Positions 1 through 9,809 of a stretch of 64,000 nt of DNA are shown in pieces. The translations under genes were made by a program, and so were the position numbers. Under the pieces are notes generated by a model that worked only from the letters and a program-made list of their open reading frames with translations, was not told the DNA's origin and searched no databases. Positions within the stretch are counted from its first letter, which is position 1. Each line of letters begins with the position of its first letter. This stretch comes from an uncultured bacterium (GTDB lineage: Bacteria > Patescibacteriota > Minisyncoccia > Phycocordibacterales > Phycocordibacteraceae), in assembly GCA_937879955.1 (NCBI GenBank), contig CALFMK010000001.1, positions 442,356-506,355 on the forward strand, written 5' to 3'.

Positions 1-654
1 CTGGAAGATGAATGAGTCGGCCACTCGATCGAACATGGCCTCCTGACCGCTCGCGGTCTCGAGGACGTACACCATATCGTCCTTCATGAAGACGGCCGCG
101 CGGGTAGACTCCTCCTCCCCGTCCGGATAGCCCGAAACCTTGAGTACCTGGGCCTCCTGGCCGCCGATGCGACGCGTGGATTCCGCTATCTTTCCTGCCC
201 TGAACTCGGTCTTGAGCTCCTCGAGGGAACGGTCCGCGCTCACGTTCACGCCCTCCTTCTGGAGAAGGAGCGAGATGAGGCAGTCGCCCGTGCCCCCTTC
301 GGTCTTCACGCAGACGCGCGTATTGCCGTTACTCTGGCTCTGGGAGAGGACCCAGTTGTCCGGATACGCGAAGCTGAACGAGAACTCCGTGTTCTCGAAC
401 GTGCGGTAGGTGGTCGACGGGACGGTCGGGGAGCCTTCCGTAGGGATGACAGCTCCCGGGGTGCCTGCAGCGGGCTTCGCCGGCTGCGGGCGGATCACGG
501 CATTCGAGGCGCTGTCTGAGGCGTCACGGACGAATGGGACAGTGTCGAAGACGCCGTGGTCCGGAGTCTTGCTCCACCAGTAGAGGTAGGCGTACGCACC
601 GATAGCTACCAGTACTAGCACGCCGAGCATTATCTTGGTTCGTTTGGTGATCAT
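1..654 (-). CDS. Membrane-anchored secreted protein, possible PsbP-like domain (3' end runs off the window)
   Basis: Read manually from ATG 654: MITKRTKIMLGVLVLVAIGAYAYLYWW (TM anchor), Pro-rich linker, then 'YRTFENTEFSFSFAYPDNW'; open to position 1. Confidence 0.7.
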   Translation of the reverse strand, partial: MITKRTKIMLGVLVLVAIGAYAYLYWWSKTPDHGVFDTVPFVRDASDSASNAVIRPQPAKPAAGTPGAVIPTEGSPTVPSTTYRTFENTEFSFSFAYPDNWVLSQSQSNGNTRVCVKTEGGTGDCLISLLLQKEGVNVSADRSLEELKTEFRAGKIAESTRRIGGQEAQVLKVSGYPDGEEESTRAAVFMKDDMVYVLETASGQEAMFDRVADSFIFQ

Positions 655-713
655 ATGTACTGACCCTACCACGCACCTAAGCCCTTGTTTCTAACTTGTG
701 TGTACAACAGGAA

Positions 714-738
714 AGGCGGCCGCAGGTAACGGCCGCCT
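714..738 (-). terminator. Hairpin terminator after the small ORF at 745-924
   Basis: AGGCGGCCG-caggtaa-CGGCCGCCT followed by a short T run on the minus strand. Confidence 0.55.
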
Positions 739-744
739 CAGAAC

Positions 745-924
745 CTATGCGTCACCTGGCCGCTCCCGGCCATCCCGGACACGCTGATGATGCCGCCAGA
801 GAGAGTCTTCCGAGATGCGCCGTTCTTCGTCCTGATGACGCCGTGCGACCGCGGACTCAAGGTTATGCGAGTAGCGGGTATCGTCACGTATATGTGACCC
901 TTCCCGATGACTGAGAACGAGCAT
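745..924 (-). CDS. Small hypothetical protein (59 aa, His/Arg/Asp-rich)
   Basis: Below the ORF-track cutoff; GGAGG before ATG 924, MLVLSHREGSHIRDD...RPGDA*, hairpin immediately downstream. Confidence 0.45.
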   Translation of the reverse strand: MLVLSHREGSHIRDDTRYSHNLESAVARRHQDEERRISEDSLWRHHQRVRDGRERPGDA

Positions 925-989
925 GGCTTCCTCCCTTCTCCTGAGAAAACGATAGCACTGGGAAGGCGTAGCCAGGTACTCTCGGGTGG

Positions 990-1027
990 ATAAGGAAAGG
1001 GCCGTCTTTTGACGGCCTTTTCCTTAT
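990..1027 (-). terminator. Rho-independent terminator of fusA
   Basis: ATAAGGAAAGGGCCGTC-tttt-GACGGCCTTTTCCTTAT inverted repeat just after the fusA stop. Confidence 0.75.
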
Positions 1028-1039
1028 TGTCCGTATGGA

Positions 1040-3187
1040 CTACTTCCTGCTCGCGATGATCTCGGCAGCGACGTTCTGCGGCACGACCTCGTAGTGGTCG
1101 AACTCCATCGTCATCGATCCGCGCCCCTCGGTCATGGAACGGAGCGTCGTGGTGTAGCCGAACATCTCGGAGAGTGGCACCTTGGCGTGAACCGCCTTGT
1201 TCATGCCGCGATCCTCCATGCTCTCGATAGCGCCGCGCTTTCCGGAGAGGTTTCCGGTGATGTCGCCCATGAACTGCTCCGGGATGACGACCTCGACGTT
1301 CATGATCGGCTCGAGGATGACCGGCTTCGCCTTCTGGGCAGCCTCCTGGAATGCCTGGGACGCCGCGATCTTGAAGGCGATCTCGGACGAGTCGACCTCG
1401 TGGAAGGATCCGTCGTAGAGGTCCACGGAGACGTCCACCATCTGGAAGCCGGCGAGCACGCCGCGGTTCATAGCCTCGCGGATACCCTTCTCGATCGGGT
1501 TGAAGTACTCCTGCGGGATGACGCCTCCCTTGATGTTGTTGATGAACTCGAAGTGGTCCTCGCGGGTCACGTTCTTGAGCACCTTCGCCTCAGGATCCAC
1601 CGGCTCAAGGTGCTTGACCCTGATCTTCACGTGGCCGTACTGACCCTTGCCGCCCGTCTGCTTGATGTACTTGTTGTCGACGTCGGCGGTGCCCATGATC
1701 GTCTCGCGGTATGCCACCTGCGGCTTTCCGACGTTCGCCTCGACGTTGAACTCGCGCTTCATGCGGTCCACGAGGATCTCGAGATGAAGCTCGCCCATGC
1801 CGGCCATGATGGTCTCGGCGGTCTCCTCGTCGGTCGTGATCTTGAAGGTAGGGTCCTCGTCCGCGAGCTTGCGGAGCGCGAGGCCCATCTTCTCCTGGTC
1901 GGCCTTGGTCTTCGGCTCGATGCGGAGCGACACCACCGGCTCAGGGAACTTGATCTCCTCGAGCATGATCGGGTTCGCCTCGTCGCAGAGCGTGTGCGAG
2001 GTCTTCGTGTCCTTGAGGCCCACGAACGCCGCGATCTCTCCGGTGAAGACCTGCTCCACCTCCTCGCGCTTGTCAGCCTGGAGGCGCACGATGCGGCCGA
2101 CGCGCTCCTTGGTGCCCGTGTTCGCGTTGTAGATGTAGGAACCTGCCGTGACCGATCCTGCGTATACGCGGAAGAAGGTCAGCGCTCCCACGAACGGGTC
2201 GGTCTGAAGCTTGAAGGCGAGCGCCGTGAACGGCTCGCTGTCGGACGCCTTGCGCTCGATCTCCTCGCCGGTCTTCGGATTGGTTCCCTTCACTGGCGGA
2301 AGGTCGAGTGGCGACGGGAGGTAGTCCACGACGGCGTCGAGGACGAGCTGCACGCCCTTGTTCTTGAGCGCGGAACCGGTGTAGACCGGGAAGATCTCGT
2401 TCGCGATGACCGCCTTGCGGAGGGTCTTCTTGAGGTCCTCGAGCGATGGCTCGACACCCTCGAAGTACGCATTCATCATCGCCTCGTCGTGCTCGACGAT
2501 GCGCTCGATGAACTCAGCGCGGTACTTCTTCGCCTCCTCGACGTACTGCGCAGGCACTTCTCCCTCGATGACGTTCTCGCCCATCGAGCCCGAGAAGGTG
2601 TACGCCTTCATGGAGAGGAGATCGACGACGCCCTCGAAGTCATTCTCGGCGCCCATCGGGATCTGCGCGCGGACGGCCTTCTTGGAGAGGCGGTCGAGGA
2701 TCGACTGGTACGAGGTCTCGAAGTTCGCGCCGGTGCGGTCGAGCTTGTTGATGAAACAGACGCGCGGCACGCTTGCCTCGTCGGCGTAGCGCCAGTTCGT
2801 CTCGGACTGCGGCTCGACGCCGGCAACGCCGTCGAACACGACAACCGCGCCGTCGAGCACGCGCATGGAGCGCTTCACCTCGGCGGTGAAGTCGATGTGT
2901 CCCGGGGTGTCGATCACGTTGAAGCGGTACTTCTTCGAGACGTCCTTCTTGTCAGCCTCGCTCGAGCGGGTCCAGAAGCAGGTGATGGCAGCGGCCGTGA
3001 TGGTGATGCCGCGCTCGCGCTCCTGCTCCATCCAGTCGGTCGTGGTCTCGCCCTCGTGCACCTCGCCGATCTTGTGCTGGGAACCGGTGTAGTAGAGCAC
3101 GCGTTCGGACGTCGTCGTCTTGCCGGCGTCCACGTGGGCGATGATGCCGAAGTTGCGCACTTTCTCGAGAGGATAATCGCGATTCAT
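1040..3187 (-). CDS. fusA: Elongation factor G
   Basis: RNFGIIAHVDAGKTT, ERERGITI, DTPGHIDF, NKLD; 715 aa. Confidence 0.99.
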   Translation of the reverse strand: MNRDYPLEKVRNFGIIAHVDAGKTTTSERVLYYTGSQHKIGEVHEGETTTDWMEQERERGITITAAAITCFWTRSSEADKKDVSKKYRFNVIDTPGHIDFTAEVKRSMRVLDGAVVVFDGVAGVEPQSETNWRYADEASVPRVCFINKLDRTGANFETSYQSILDRLSKKAVRAQIPMGAENDFEGVVDLLSMKAYTFSGSMGENVIEGEVPAQYVEEAKKYRAEFIERIVEHDEAMMNAYFEGVEPSLEDLKKTLRKAVIANEIFPVYTGSALKNKGVQLVLDAVVDYLPSPLDLPPVKGTNPKTGEEIERKASDSEPFTALAFKLQTDPFVGALTFFRVYAGSVTAGSYIYNANTGTKERVGRIVRLQADKREEVEQVFTGEIAAFVGLKDTKTSHTLCDEANPIMLEEIKFPEPVVSLRIEPKTKADQEKMGLALRKLADEDPTFKITTDEETAETIMAGMGELHLEILVDRMKREFNVEANVGKPQVAYRETIMGTADVDNKYIKQTGGKGQYGHVKIRVKHLEPVDPEAKVLKNVTREDHFEFINNIKGGVIPQEYFNPIEKGIREAMNRGVLAGFQMVDVSVDLYDGSFHEVDSSEIAFKIAASQAFQEAAQKAKPVILEPIMNVEVVIPEQFMGDITGNLSGKRGAIESMEDRGMNKAVHAKVPLSEMFGYTTTLRSMTEGRGSMTMEFDHYEVVPQNVAAEIIASRK

Positions 3188-3354
3188 AAGGTATATAGAT
3201 AAATAAAAGCCGCTCGGGCCGTTATCCTCAAGATACGTTTCTGGAGGCCAAAACGCAAGAAAATCGCCGGCAGCGGCACCACTTCGTTCATCCTACCTAC
3301 AACCGGTACCTGGTACCCTGTCTGTCAGATTCAGGTCTTTTCGGGAACAGGTAC

Positions 3355-3624
3355 ATGTCTGGCAGTAAGCACATATCCCACCTTAAGAAGCAGGGGTTCT
3401 CGCTTCTGGCCCCTGGCGACGCGCACGGCCTCGATATCCATGACGTACGGACCTTGGCAGGGTTCAAGAGCCTCTGCTTCATGCGATTCGAAGAGCTCGC
3501 CATGACTCTCGCGCTGGATGCAGGTCAAGAAGTATGGGTCGCGCAGAAAGCTGTTGATCTTTCGCGATACGGGTTCCAGGAAGTGAGGCGGCAGCGTGTC
3601 GAGAAGGGACCGTCTGTTCACTGA
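3355..3624 (+). CDS. Hypothetical protein (89 aa), antisense between rpsG and fusA
   Basis: Fills the rpsG-fusA gap and ends at the hairpin 3631-3657; no recognisable motif. Confidence 0.45.
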   Translation: MSGSKHISHLKKQGFSLLAPGDAHGLDIHDVRTLAGFKSLCFMRFEELAMTLALDAGQEVWVAQKAVDLSRYGFQEVRRQRVEKGPSVH

Positions 3625-3630
3625 ACAGAC

Positions 3631-3657
3631 AAAGGGCGCCACGATGTGGCGCCCTTT
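3631..3657. terminator. Bidirectional terminator hairpin downstream of rpsG
   Basis: AAAGGGCGCCAC-gat-GTGGCGCCCTTT. Confidence 0.7.
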
Positions 3658-3677
3658 TATCTTGTATTCTCTTGGTT

Positions 3678-4142
3678 TTACCAGGCGAAGTGTGCGAATG
3701 CCTTGTTGGCGTCTGCCATGCGGTGCATGTCGTCCTTCTTCTTGATAGCGGAACCCTCGTTCTTGGCTGCCATGAGGATCTCGGACGCGAGGCGCTGTGC
3801 CATCGGCTTGCCCTTCTGAGCGCGAGCCGCGTTGATGAGCCAGCGGTACGCGAGCGCGATGCGGCGCTGCTGAGGAACCTCGCGAGGGACCTGGTAGTTC
3901 GCGCCACCGACGCGACGGGAACGGACCTCCATGAGCGGAGCGACGTTGCGGATGGCCGTCTCGAAGGTCTCGAGCGGATCCATCTCCTGCTCCTTGATAA
4001 TGTCGAGCGCGCCGTAGACGAGCTTGCGGGCGGTGTCCTTCTTGCCGTCCCACATGACGGTGTTGATGAAACGGGAGATTGCCTCAGAGCCGTACACGAG
4101 GTCCGGGCGGCGAGGATACTTGTTCTTGAGGGGATGTCGCAT
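3678..4142 (-). CDS. rpsG: 30S ribosomal protein S7
   Basis: [26 protein letters not shown]; follows rpsL. Confidence 0.99.
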   Translation of the reverse strand: MRHPLKNKYPRRPDLVYGSEAISRFINTVMWDGKKDTARKLVYGALDIIKEQEMDPLETFETAIRNVAPLMEVRSRRVGGANYQVPREVPQQRRIALAYRWLINAARAQKGKPMAQRLASEILMAAKNEGSAIKKKDDMHRMADANKAFAHFAW

Positions 4143-4160
4143 GATTTCTGTACGTAAATA

Positions 4161-4571
4161 CTACGCCTTAGGCTTCTTAGCACCGTACTTCGAGCGACCG
4201 CGGCGGCGCTTGTCGAGACCGGCGGTATCGAGGCGACCGCGGACGATGGTGTACTGGACGCCGATGTCCTTCACGCGGCCACCACGGAGCATGACCACCG
4301 AGTGCTCCTGGAGGTTGTGTCCCTCACCCGGGATGTAGGCCGTGACCTCCATCTGGTTGGTGAGCTTCACGCGGGCGATCTTACGGATAGCGGAGTTAGG
4401 CTTGCGGGGAGTCTTCGTCGTCACCTTGACGCATACGCCGCGCTTGAATGGCGCTGGGTAGAACGTCGGGCGGTTCTTCAGCGTGTTGAAGCCGCGTCCA
4501 AGAGCCACGACCTTCGTCTTGCGGCTGGTGGTCTTGCGGGACTTCTTCGTGAGCTGATTGATTGTGGACAT
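4161..4571 (-). CDS. rpsL: 30S ribosomal protein S12
   Basis: [35 protein letters not shown]. Confidence 0.99.
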   Translation of the reverse strand: MSTINQLTKKSRKTTSRKTKVVALGRGFNTLKNRPTFYPAPFKRGVCVKVTTKTPRKPNSAIRKIARVKLTNQMEVTAYIPGEGHNLQEHSVVMLRGGRVKDIGVQYTIVRGRLDTAGLDKRRRGRSKYGAKKPKA

Positions 4572-4728
4572 GTGTGAAGTAAAAACTCCCCGTGGGAGTC
4601 AAAAGCACTATATAAGAACAGGCTTATAAATGCAAACCGGGCGCAGGAAAGACCATTATCCACCGTCTCCAGCTTTCCTTGTACTCTTCTGCGGATTTTC
4701 CCTATCCCTCGGCTGGTATGGTCCCGGC

Positions 4729-6714
4729 ATGCGTACAATCATCCTGCCCTGCATCCTATATATAGGTATAGCCCTCGCCCCGTTCCTGGCCAGGGGCGAG
4801 GAGGCCATTCCGGAGCCTGTCCCGGAAACACCGGTCATGGCGGAGCTGGAGCCGCAGGCAACCAGCACCCCTCCGGCCCCAGAGATTAGTAGTAGTGGCC
4901 AGGAATGCCTGGAACGGTGCGCGTCGAACGTGCTTTTCCTTCCAGGTATCAAGGGTAGCCGCCTGTATACGGGAGAAACCGGGCAAGTCTGGGAGCCGTT
5001 CGGGGACCACGACATCGAAGCGCTCATGCTGGACGAGGATGGCACGAGCGTCAGGGAGGACATCCATACCCGGCCCGGGAAGCTCGTCGATTACGTCGCC
5101 CTCGTCCAGGATATCTACGGATCGTTCCGCATATACATGAACGGCCTTGTCGAGGACGGCACGATCCAGGACTGGGAGGATTTCGTCTATGACTGGCGCC
5201 TCTCGTTGCCTGCCATCGTGGGGCACGCATCAGAGGAGGGCGGGATACCTGACCTCGAACGGACGCTCCGCTCTCTCGCATCCTCCTCGAGGAACGGTCG
5301 CGTATCGATCGTCGCTCACAGCAACGGCGGACTCGTCGCGAAGGAGCTTATCCGGTCGCTCGGAGATGCCGAAGCCGCGCGTCTCATAGACCGGGTGATA
5401 TTCGTCGGCGTGCCGCAGTCCGGGGCACCCCAGGCACTCGCTGCCCTCCTCTACGGATACAAGGAAGGGCTGCCGTGGTGGTTCCCAGGAATCGTTTCCA
5501 CCGGCACGGCGCGGGCATTCGCGGAGAATGCCCCCATGAGCTATCACCTCCTCCCGTCCGACGCGTACTTCGCATCGGCAGGTGCGAGCGGACAGCCTGT
5601 CGCGAGCTTTGCCGGGACCTCCGGATACGCCGAGGAGCGGGGCGCCTACGGAGATATGCTCGACTCGTATGCCGAGCTGCGAGCGTTCGCGCTCGCGCAG
5701 GACGGCGGGCGCGAGAAGCCGCACATCAATCGCATCGACCTAGCGAATGTCCTGAACCCCGCACTCCTATCGTATGCATCGGACATGCACGCATCGCTCG
5801 ACGCGTGGACGCCGCCACTCGGTATCGATCTGTATCAGATCGCAGGATGGGGAGAAGAGACCGTGTCGGGTATCGAGTTCTACGAGCGCTGTGTCTTCTC
5901 TCTTTGCAAGGAGATGTATCGACCGACGTTCACCCAGGAAGGCGACGGGGTCGTACCCGTCTCGAGTGCACACCTGGTTCCTGAATTAGCTTCCACCACA
6001 AACCTATGGATTGATCTTCTTTCCTACAACGATCGATCACCCTTTAACAAGGATCATGGAAATCTTATGGCACTAACGGCAGTGAAGTCTCAAGTGAAAA
6101 ATATTCTTACCGGCGAGATATCGCTTCCTCAGTATTTCTTATCCGAGCCACCGGATATGAATTCACGGCCGAACATAATCCGCTACTTCCTCCACTCTCC
6201 TCTTACGCTCGAAATAATCGATGAGGAGAGCAGGCGGACAGGCGCAGATGAACTTGAGATACCCGGCGCCACTTACGGTGAGCTCGGAGAGACAAAGTAC
6301 ATATCCGCTCTTGAAGGCTCGCACGAGATCGTTGAGCTGCATGGATATGATTCGGGAACCTTCACACTCGAAATACAGAAAAGTGATTTGGATGGAGTTA
6401 CATCAGAAATGGCATTCGTAGACATTCCGGTCACACCTACGACGGTGGCAAAAATCAGTGTCGAAGATGTCGTGACCCTTGATTTAGATTCTGACGGAGA
6501 CGGTGAGATTGACCTCTCAATCGAAGCAGAGATTATTCAGATGATCGATTCGGAAATTCTCCCCGCCCAAGATACCGATTCGGCTCGAAAAAAATTATCG
6601 CAAAGACGTCAGGCAGTTTCGAAAACTCTCCATGACTTGTTTCTGGAGCTACGGCCGCTATTGTTGAGATTACTCCACCAGCTCGAAGCGGAAGCGCGTC
6701 TCGCAAGGCTATAG
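4729..6714 (+). CDS. Secreted LCAT/lipase-like alpha/beta hydrolase
   Basis: Signal peptide from ATG 4729; FLPGIKGS, YDWRL, AHSNGG nucleophile elbow, GVPQSGAP, GDGVVP, late His; C-terminal DxDxDG motif. Confidence 0.8.
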   Translation: MRTIILPCILYIGIALAPFLARGEEAIPEPVPETPVMAELEPQATSTPPAPEISSSGQECLERCASNVLFLPGIKGSRLYTGETGQVWEPFGDHDIEALMLDEDGTSVREDIHTRPGKLVDYVALVQDIYGSFRIYMNGLVEDGTIQDWEDFVYDWRLSLPAIVGHASEEGGIPDLERTLRSLASSSRNGRVSIVAHSNGGLVAKELIRSLGDAEAARLIDRVIFVGVPQSGAPQALAALLYGYKEGLPWWFPGIVSTGTARAFAENAPMSYHLLPSDAYFASAGASGQPVASFAGTSGYAEERGAYGDMLDSYAELRAFALAQDGGREKPHINRIDLANVLNPALLSYASDMHASLDAWTPPLGIDLYQIAGWGEETVSGIEFYERCVFSLCKEMYRPTFTQEGDGVVPVSSAHLVPELASTTNLWIDLLSYNDRSPFNKDHGNLMALTAVKSQVKNILTGEISLPQYFLSEPPDMNSRPNIIRYFLHSPLTLEIIDEESRRTGADELEIPGATYGELGETKYISALEGSHEIVELHGYDSGTFTLEIQKSDLDGVTSEMAFVDIPVTPTTVAKISVEDVVTLDLDSDGDGEIDLSIEAEIIQMIDSEILPAQDTDSARKKLSQRRQAVSKTLHDLFLELRPLLLRLLHQLEAEARLARL

Positions 6715-6751
6715 TGGAACTAAGCATTGGCCGCCCCTCATCCGTCTTCTT

Positions 6752-7105
6752 ATGAAACTCTGGATCCTTACGCTCATCCTTGTGACATTCGCCCTGGGAG
6801 TTAGCCTCGACTATCTCAATTTCTTTGATCAAGAAATCGGCGAACCCCTCTACAGATTTTCCCTCTTCGCAGCTCTGCCCTTTTCCCTGATTCTCATATT
6901 ACGGAGTCCTGCGAAACTCCACTCATGGGTGAGATTCTCTGCCTGGTCTATTCCGCTGGCATTCTTTCTAATTGCAATCTCGCCATCGACGAACGGCACC
7001 TGGCTTCCCCTATTAAGCGTGACCAAAGAATCCATGACACTGATCACCGGAGGGCTTTTCACGGTTACCAGTATCCTGATTATTGTCCGTTCGAATCGGA
7101 CATAA
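6752..7105 (+). CDS. Small integral membrane protein (about 4 TM)
   Basis: 117 aa, mostly hydrophobic, co-oriented right after the lipase. Confidence 0.7.
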   Translation: MKLWILTLILVTFALGVSLDYLNFFDQEIGEPLYRFSLFAALPFSLILILRSPAKLHSWVRFSAWSIPLAFFLIAISPSTNGTWLPLLSVTKESMTLITGGLFTVTSILIIVRSNRT

Positions 7106-7120
7106 CGGACAGAAGCGGAC

Positions 7121-8092
7121 CTAACGGACAAAGAGGCTCCGCGCGCCGAGCAGCACGTTCTCGACGAACATCCTCAGTTCCATGCTCCAGGTGGAACCTG
7201 CCTGCACAGGAAGCGCTCGTGCCTCTAACTGGGAAACCATCGCGAGCTGGATAGGTACCGACGTGTTGAGAGAGAAGGAAGGGACCGAAAATGTCGATGT
7301 CGCCATGGTCGAAGTGCTTCCTACAGACGTCGCTATCGTCGATTCGATCAGAGGCTTTATAACTTCTTTAACTTTTTCCTGTATAGAATCTGGCTTTTCG
7401 AAAGCGATTGGAACCGTTTCCCGGCCTGACGCTGCCTCTGGGGTGCTGGATGCGCGTGGAACGCTAGGCGCTACCTTGGTCTTTGCCGGAGCAGGGGTCT
7501 GCACAGGCCTCGTGGCACTTGAACTTTGTTTCACATTCTCTTTAGAACTTTGAGAGACTGCTGCTATAGCACGTGGATAGGGCGCCGCGAATATCTGTAC
7601 CGTAAAGGTCGCGTCCTTTCCCTTATAGACCCCGTTCGCGACGCCGACGCCGATCTCCGTAAAGTCCTTACGGAGGATGTTCGCTTTATGACCGGGAGAG
7701 CCCATGAACGCGTCGACGACCTGCTCGGCATCGGTGCGATTTACGACGAGGTTCTCGCCGATGATGAGGTACTTGTACCCGGCCTTCTCGACCCAGTACA
7801 TCGGAGTGACTCCGTCCGGAGAGACGTGTGCGTAGTACCCCTTCGCTGCCATGTCCTGCGCTTTCATCTGCGCAGCCTCATCGAGGAGCGCATTCCGCTG
7901 GAGCACCGGGACGCTCTCGTGCGCACGTTCCTCATTCGTGAGCGCAACGACCTCGGCCGCGTTCACCGCGGCGAGATTCTTTCCCGAATCGAGGAGCGGT
8001 TCGGTGACAATAGCGAGCACCACAAGCCCGCCCACGAGGATCGCGAGTCCGAAGAATGGGAATGCCTGGTCAGCGAGCTTCCTGAAATCCAT
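7121..8092 (-). CDS. CAP/SCP domain protein with N-terminal TM anchor and Ser/Thr/Pro-rich tail
   Basis: LTNEER, LDEAAQMKAQDM..GYYAHVSPDG, GENL, FMGSPGHKANIL, EIGVGV; start set at ATG 8092. Confidence 0.88.
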   Translation of the reverse strand: MDFRKLADQAFPFFGLAILVGGLVVLAIVTEPLLDSGKNLAAVNAAEVVALTNEERAHESVPVLQRNALLDEAAQMKAQDMAAKGYYAHVSPDGVTPMYWVEKAGYKYLIIGENLVVNRTDAEQVVDAFMGSPGHKANILRKDFTEIGVGVANGVYKGKDATFTVQIFAAPYPRAIAAVSQSSKENVKQSSSATRPVQTPAPAKTKVAPSVPRASSTPEAASGRETVPIAFEKPDSIQEKVKEVIKPLIESTIATSVGSTSTMATSTFSVPSFSLNTSVPIQLAMVSQLEARALPVQAGSTWSMELRMFVENVLLGARSLFVR

Positions 8093-8214
8093 GGCTTGAA
8101 TACTACAACACAAAACATAAAAAGCAATAGTCAAGTTGTATATTGCGCGTGGGGTAAATACGTCGATACTTATGATAGACGTCCGACATGGAGTCAGATG
8201 TATAGGAGGACAGG

Positions 8215-8478
8215 ATGTCTATTCCGACAGGCACGAGCGACGACGAGCTTATCATCGAAGTCGCACTCAGGCTTCCGGAAGACGGAGACCCGAACCAGGA
8301 CTTTCTCTTCGACCTCGCACACGGCATGTCGCTCGAAGAGCTCGCCTCACGATATGCTTCCGGGAACATCACGAGTGTCCGGAGCCGGATAGCGATCCAA
8401 TACGAGAAGCTCGGCATACCCCTTCCTTTCACCGACCCGCGTGCGATGCACATTCTCAGAAGCGCGTTCGATCTCTAG
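8215..8478 (+). CDS. Small protein with LuxR/GerE-like HTH
   Basis: AGGAGG upstream; LAHGMSLEELASRY...SVRSRIAIQYEKLG resembles the LuxR-type HTH pattern. Confidence 0.55.
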   Translation: MSIPTGTSDDELIIEVALRLPEDGDPNQDFLFDLAHGMSLEELASRYASGNITSVRSRIAIQYEKLGIPLPFTDPRAMHILRSAFDL

Positions 8479-8510
8479 GGAGGTGTCTTAATTGCACCTC
8501 TCTTTTTTCT

Positions 8511-9806
8511 TTATCGTGCGATCCCGAGGTATGGGATGTTGAGCGACTTCTTCCCATCCGCCGTCGCCGGTATGAATCCGCGTGTCATCCTTTTTCCATA
8601 TCCCGCTCCCGCGGCGTTCAGCGCCGTCATGCTCGAACCGAGGTACACGGTATTGCGTCCGTACTTCTTGTTCACCGAGTCGAGCGCGCGAAACGTCTCG
8701 CCCTTCTCATGCTCTATCTCATACGCTCCGAATATATCGGGTGTCACGAACGCGGAGTGGTTCAACGCACGGAGCGTGACCCCTGACGCGCGATACGGGA
8801 TCTCGGTCGCGTACACCTCATCGAAGCGATCGCGGATCCGCGCGAGCATCTCGACCGGCGTATCGATCGCGACCGGGAGGTCGAGCTGCACGCCGTGGTA
8901 CGTGAACTCCTGCGTCTTGAGATAGAAGCTTAGGGCGCTCGCTTTCATGCCTGCACGCCTGAGCTTCGCGCACGCGGCTTCAACATTCTTCGAGAGCTGA
9001 GAAAAGATGAACTCGCGATCGGTCGACGGCGGCGTGAACGTACGCGTCACCATCACGGAGTGCGGCTTGCTGTGCGAACCGGACGACACCCTCATCGCGG
9101 GATATCCCTGGAGCTCGAGCCACACGTCCCGCACGGCCTTCCCGAAGCCATGCTCCTTCAGCCAGGGGTCGGGCTTCCGTATGAAGTCGAGCGCCGACAT
9201 CACGCCGAGTCCCCGGAGCCTCGTCGAGAGCGCTCCCCCGAGTCCCCATATGTCGTATATCTCCGTGTCCGCGAGTATCTCCTCGATGGATTCCTTCGGG
9301 AGCAGGTTGAAGCTATCGGGCTTGTTACGCTTCGATGCGACCTTCGCGAGCGTCTTCGTCGGTGCGAGCCCGACGCCGAACGTGATACCGAGACTCTCCT
9401 GGAGCTTCCGCTTGATAGCGAGCGCGATCTCCTCGTAGGTAGTGCTACGGCTCTCGTCGAGGCCGGTGATGTCGGCGAAACACTCGTCGATACTGTACTC
9501 CTCGACCCTGGAGGTGAACCCTCTCGCGATCGCGTACATGCGCTGCGCGTAGATCGAGTACGCGGTATAGTCGCCAGCCACGATCACGGCCTCTGGACAG
9601 ACCCTGCGCACTTCCTGCATCGGCATCGCTCGATGGAGACCGAGCCTCTTTGCCTCTATGGAAAGCGACGTCGCCGCGCCACGCTCCCCGCCCGTCACGA
9701 CCGGCCTGCCGCGCAAGGTCCAATCCTTCGCCTGCTCCACGGAGGCGAAGAACGAATCGCCATCGAAGTGAACGATCGCCTGAGGATACGAGCTCTTCCT
9801 ATCCAT
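8511..9806 (-). CDS. Y-family DNA polymerase (DinB/UmuC-like)
   Basis: HFDGDSFFASVE, YSIDECFADIT, GLAPTKTLAK, IWGLG. Confidence 0.93.
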   Translation of the reverse strand: MDRKSSYPQAIVHFDGDSFFASVEQAKDWTLRGRPVVTGGERGAATSLSIEAKRLGLHRAMPMQEVRRVCPEAVIVAGDYTAYSIYAQRMYAIARGFTSRVEEYSIDECFADITGLDESRSTTYEEIALAIKRKLQESLGITFGVGLAPTKTLAKVASKRNKPDSFNLLPKESIEEILADTEIYDIWGLGGALSTRLRGLGVMSALDFIRKPDPWLKEHGFGKAVRDVWLELQGYPAMRVSSGSHSKPHSVMVTRTFTPPSTDREFIFSQLSKNVEAACAKLRRAGMKASALSFYLKTQEFTYHGVQLDLPVAIDTPVEMLARIRDRFDEVYATEIPYRASGVTLRALNHSAFVTPDIFGAYEIEHEKGETFRALDSVNKKYGRNTVYLGSSMTALNAAGAGYGKRMTRGFIPATADGKKSLNIPYLGIAR

Positions 9807-9809
9807 AGG

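Noticed and set aside
1094-3202. Long antisense ORFs (702 aa opposite fusA, and similar ones opposite recJ, nusA, virB6 and the PBP gene)
   Set aside because: Shadow ORFs caused by high GC and codon bias; they fully overlap well-supported genes and have no motifs
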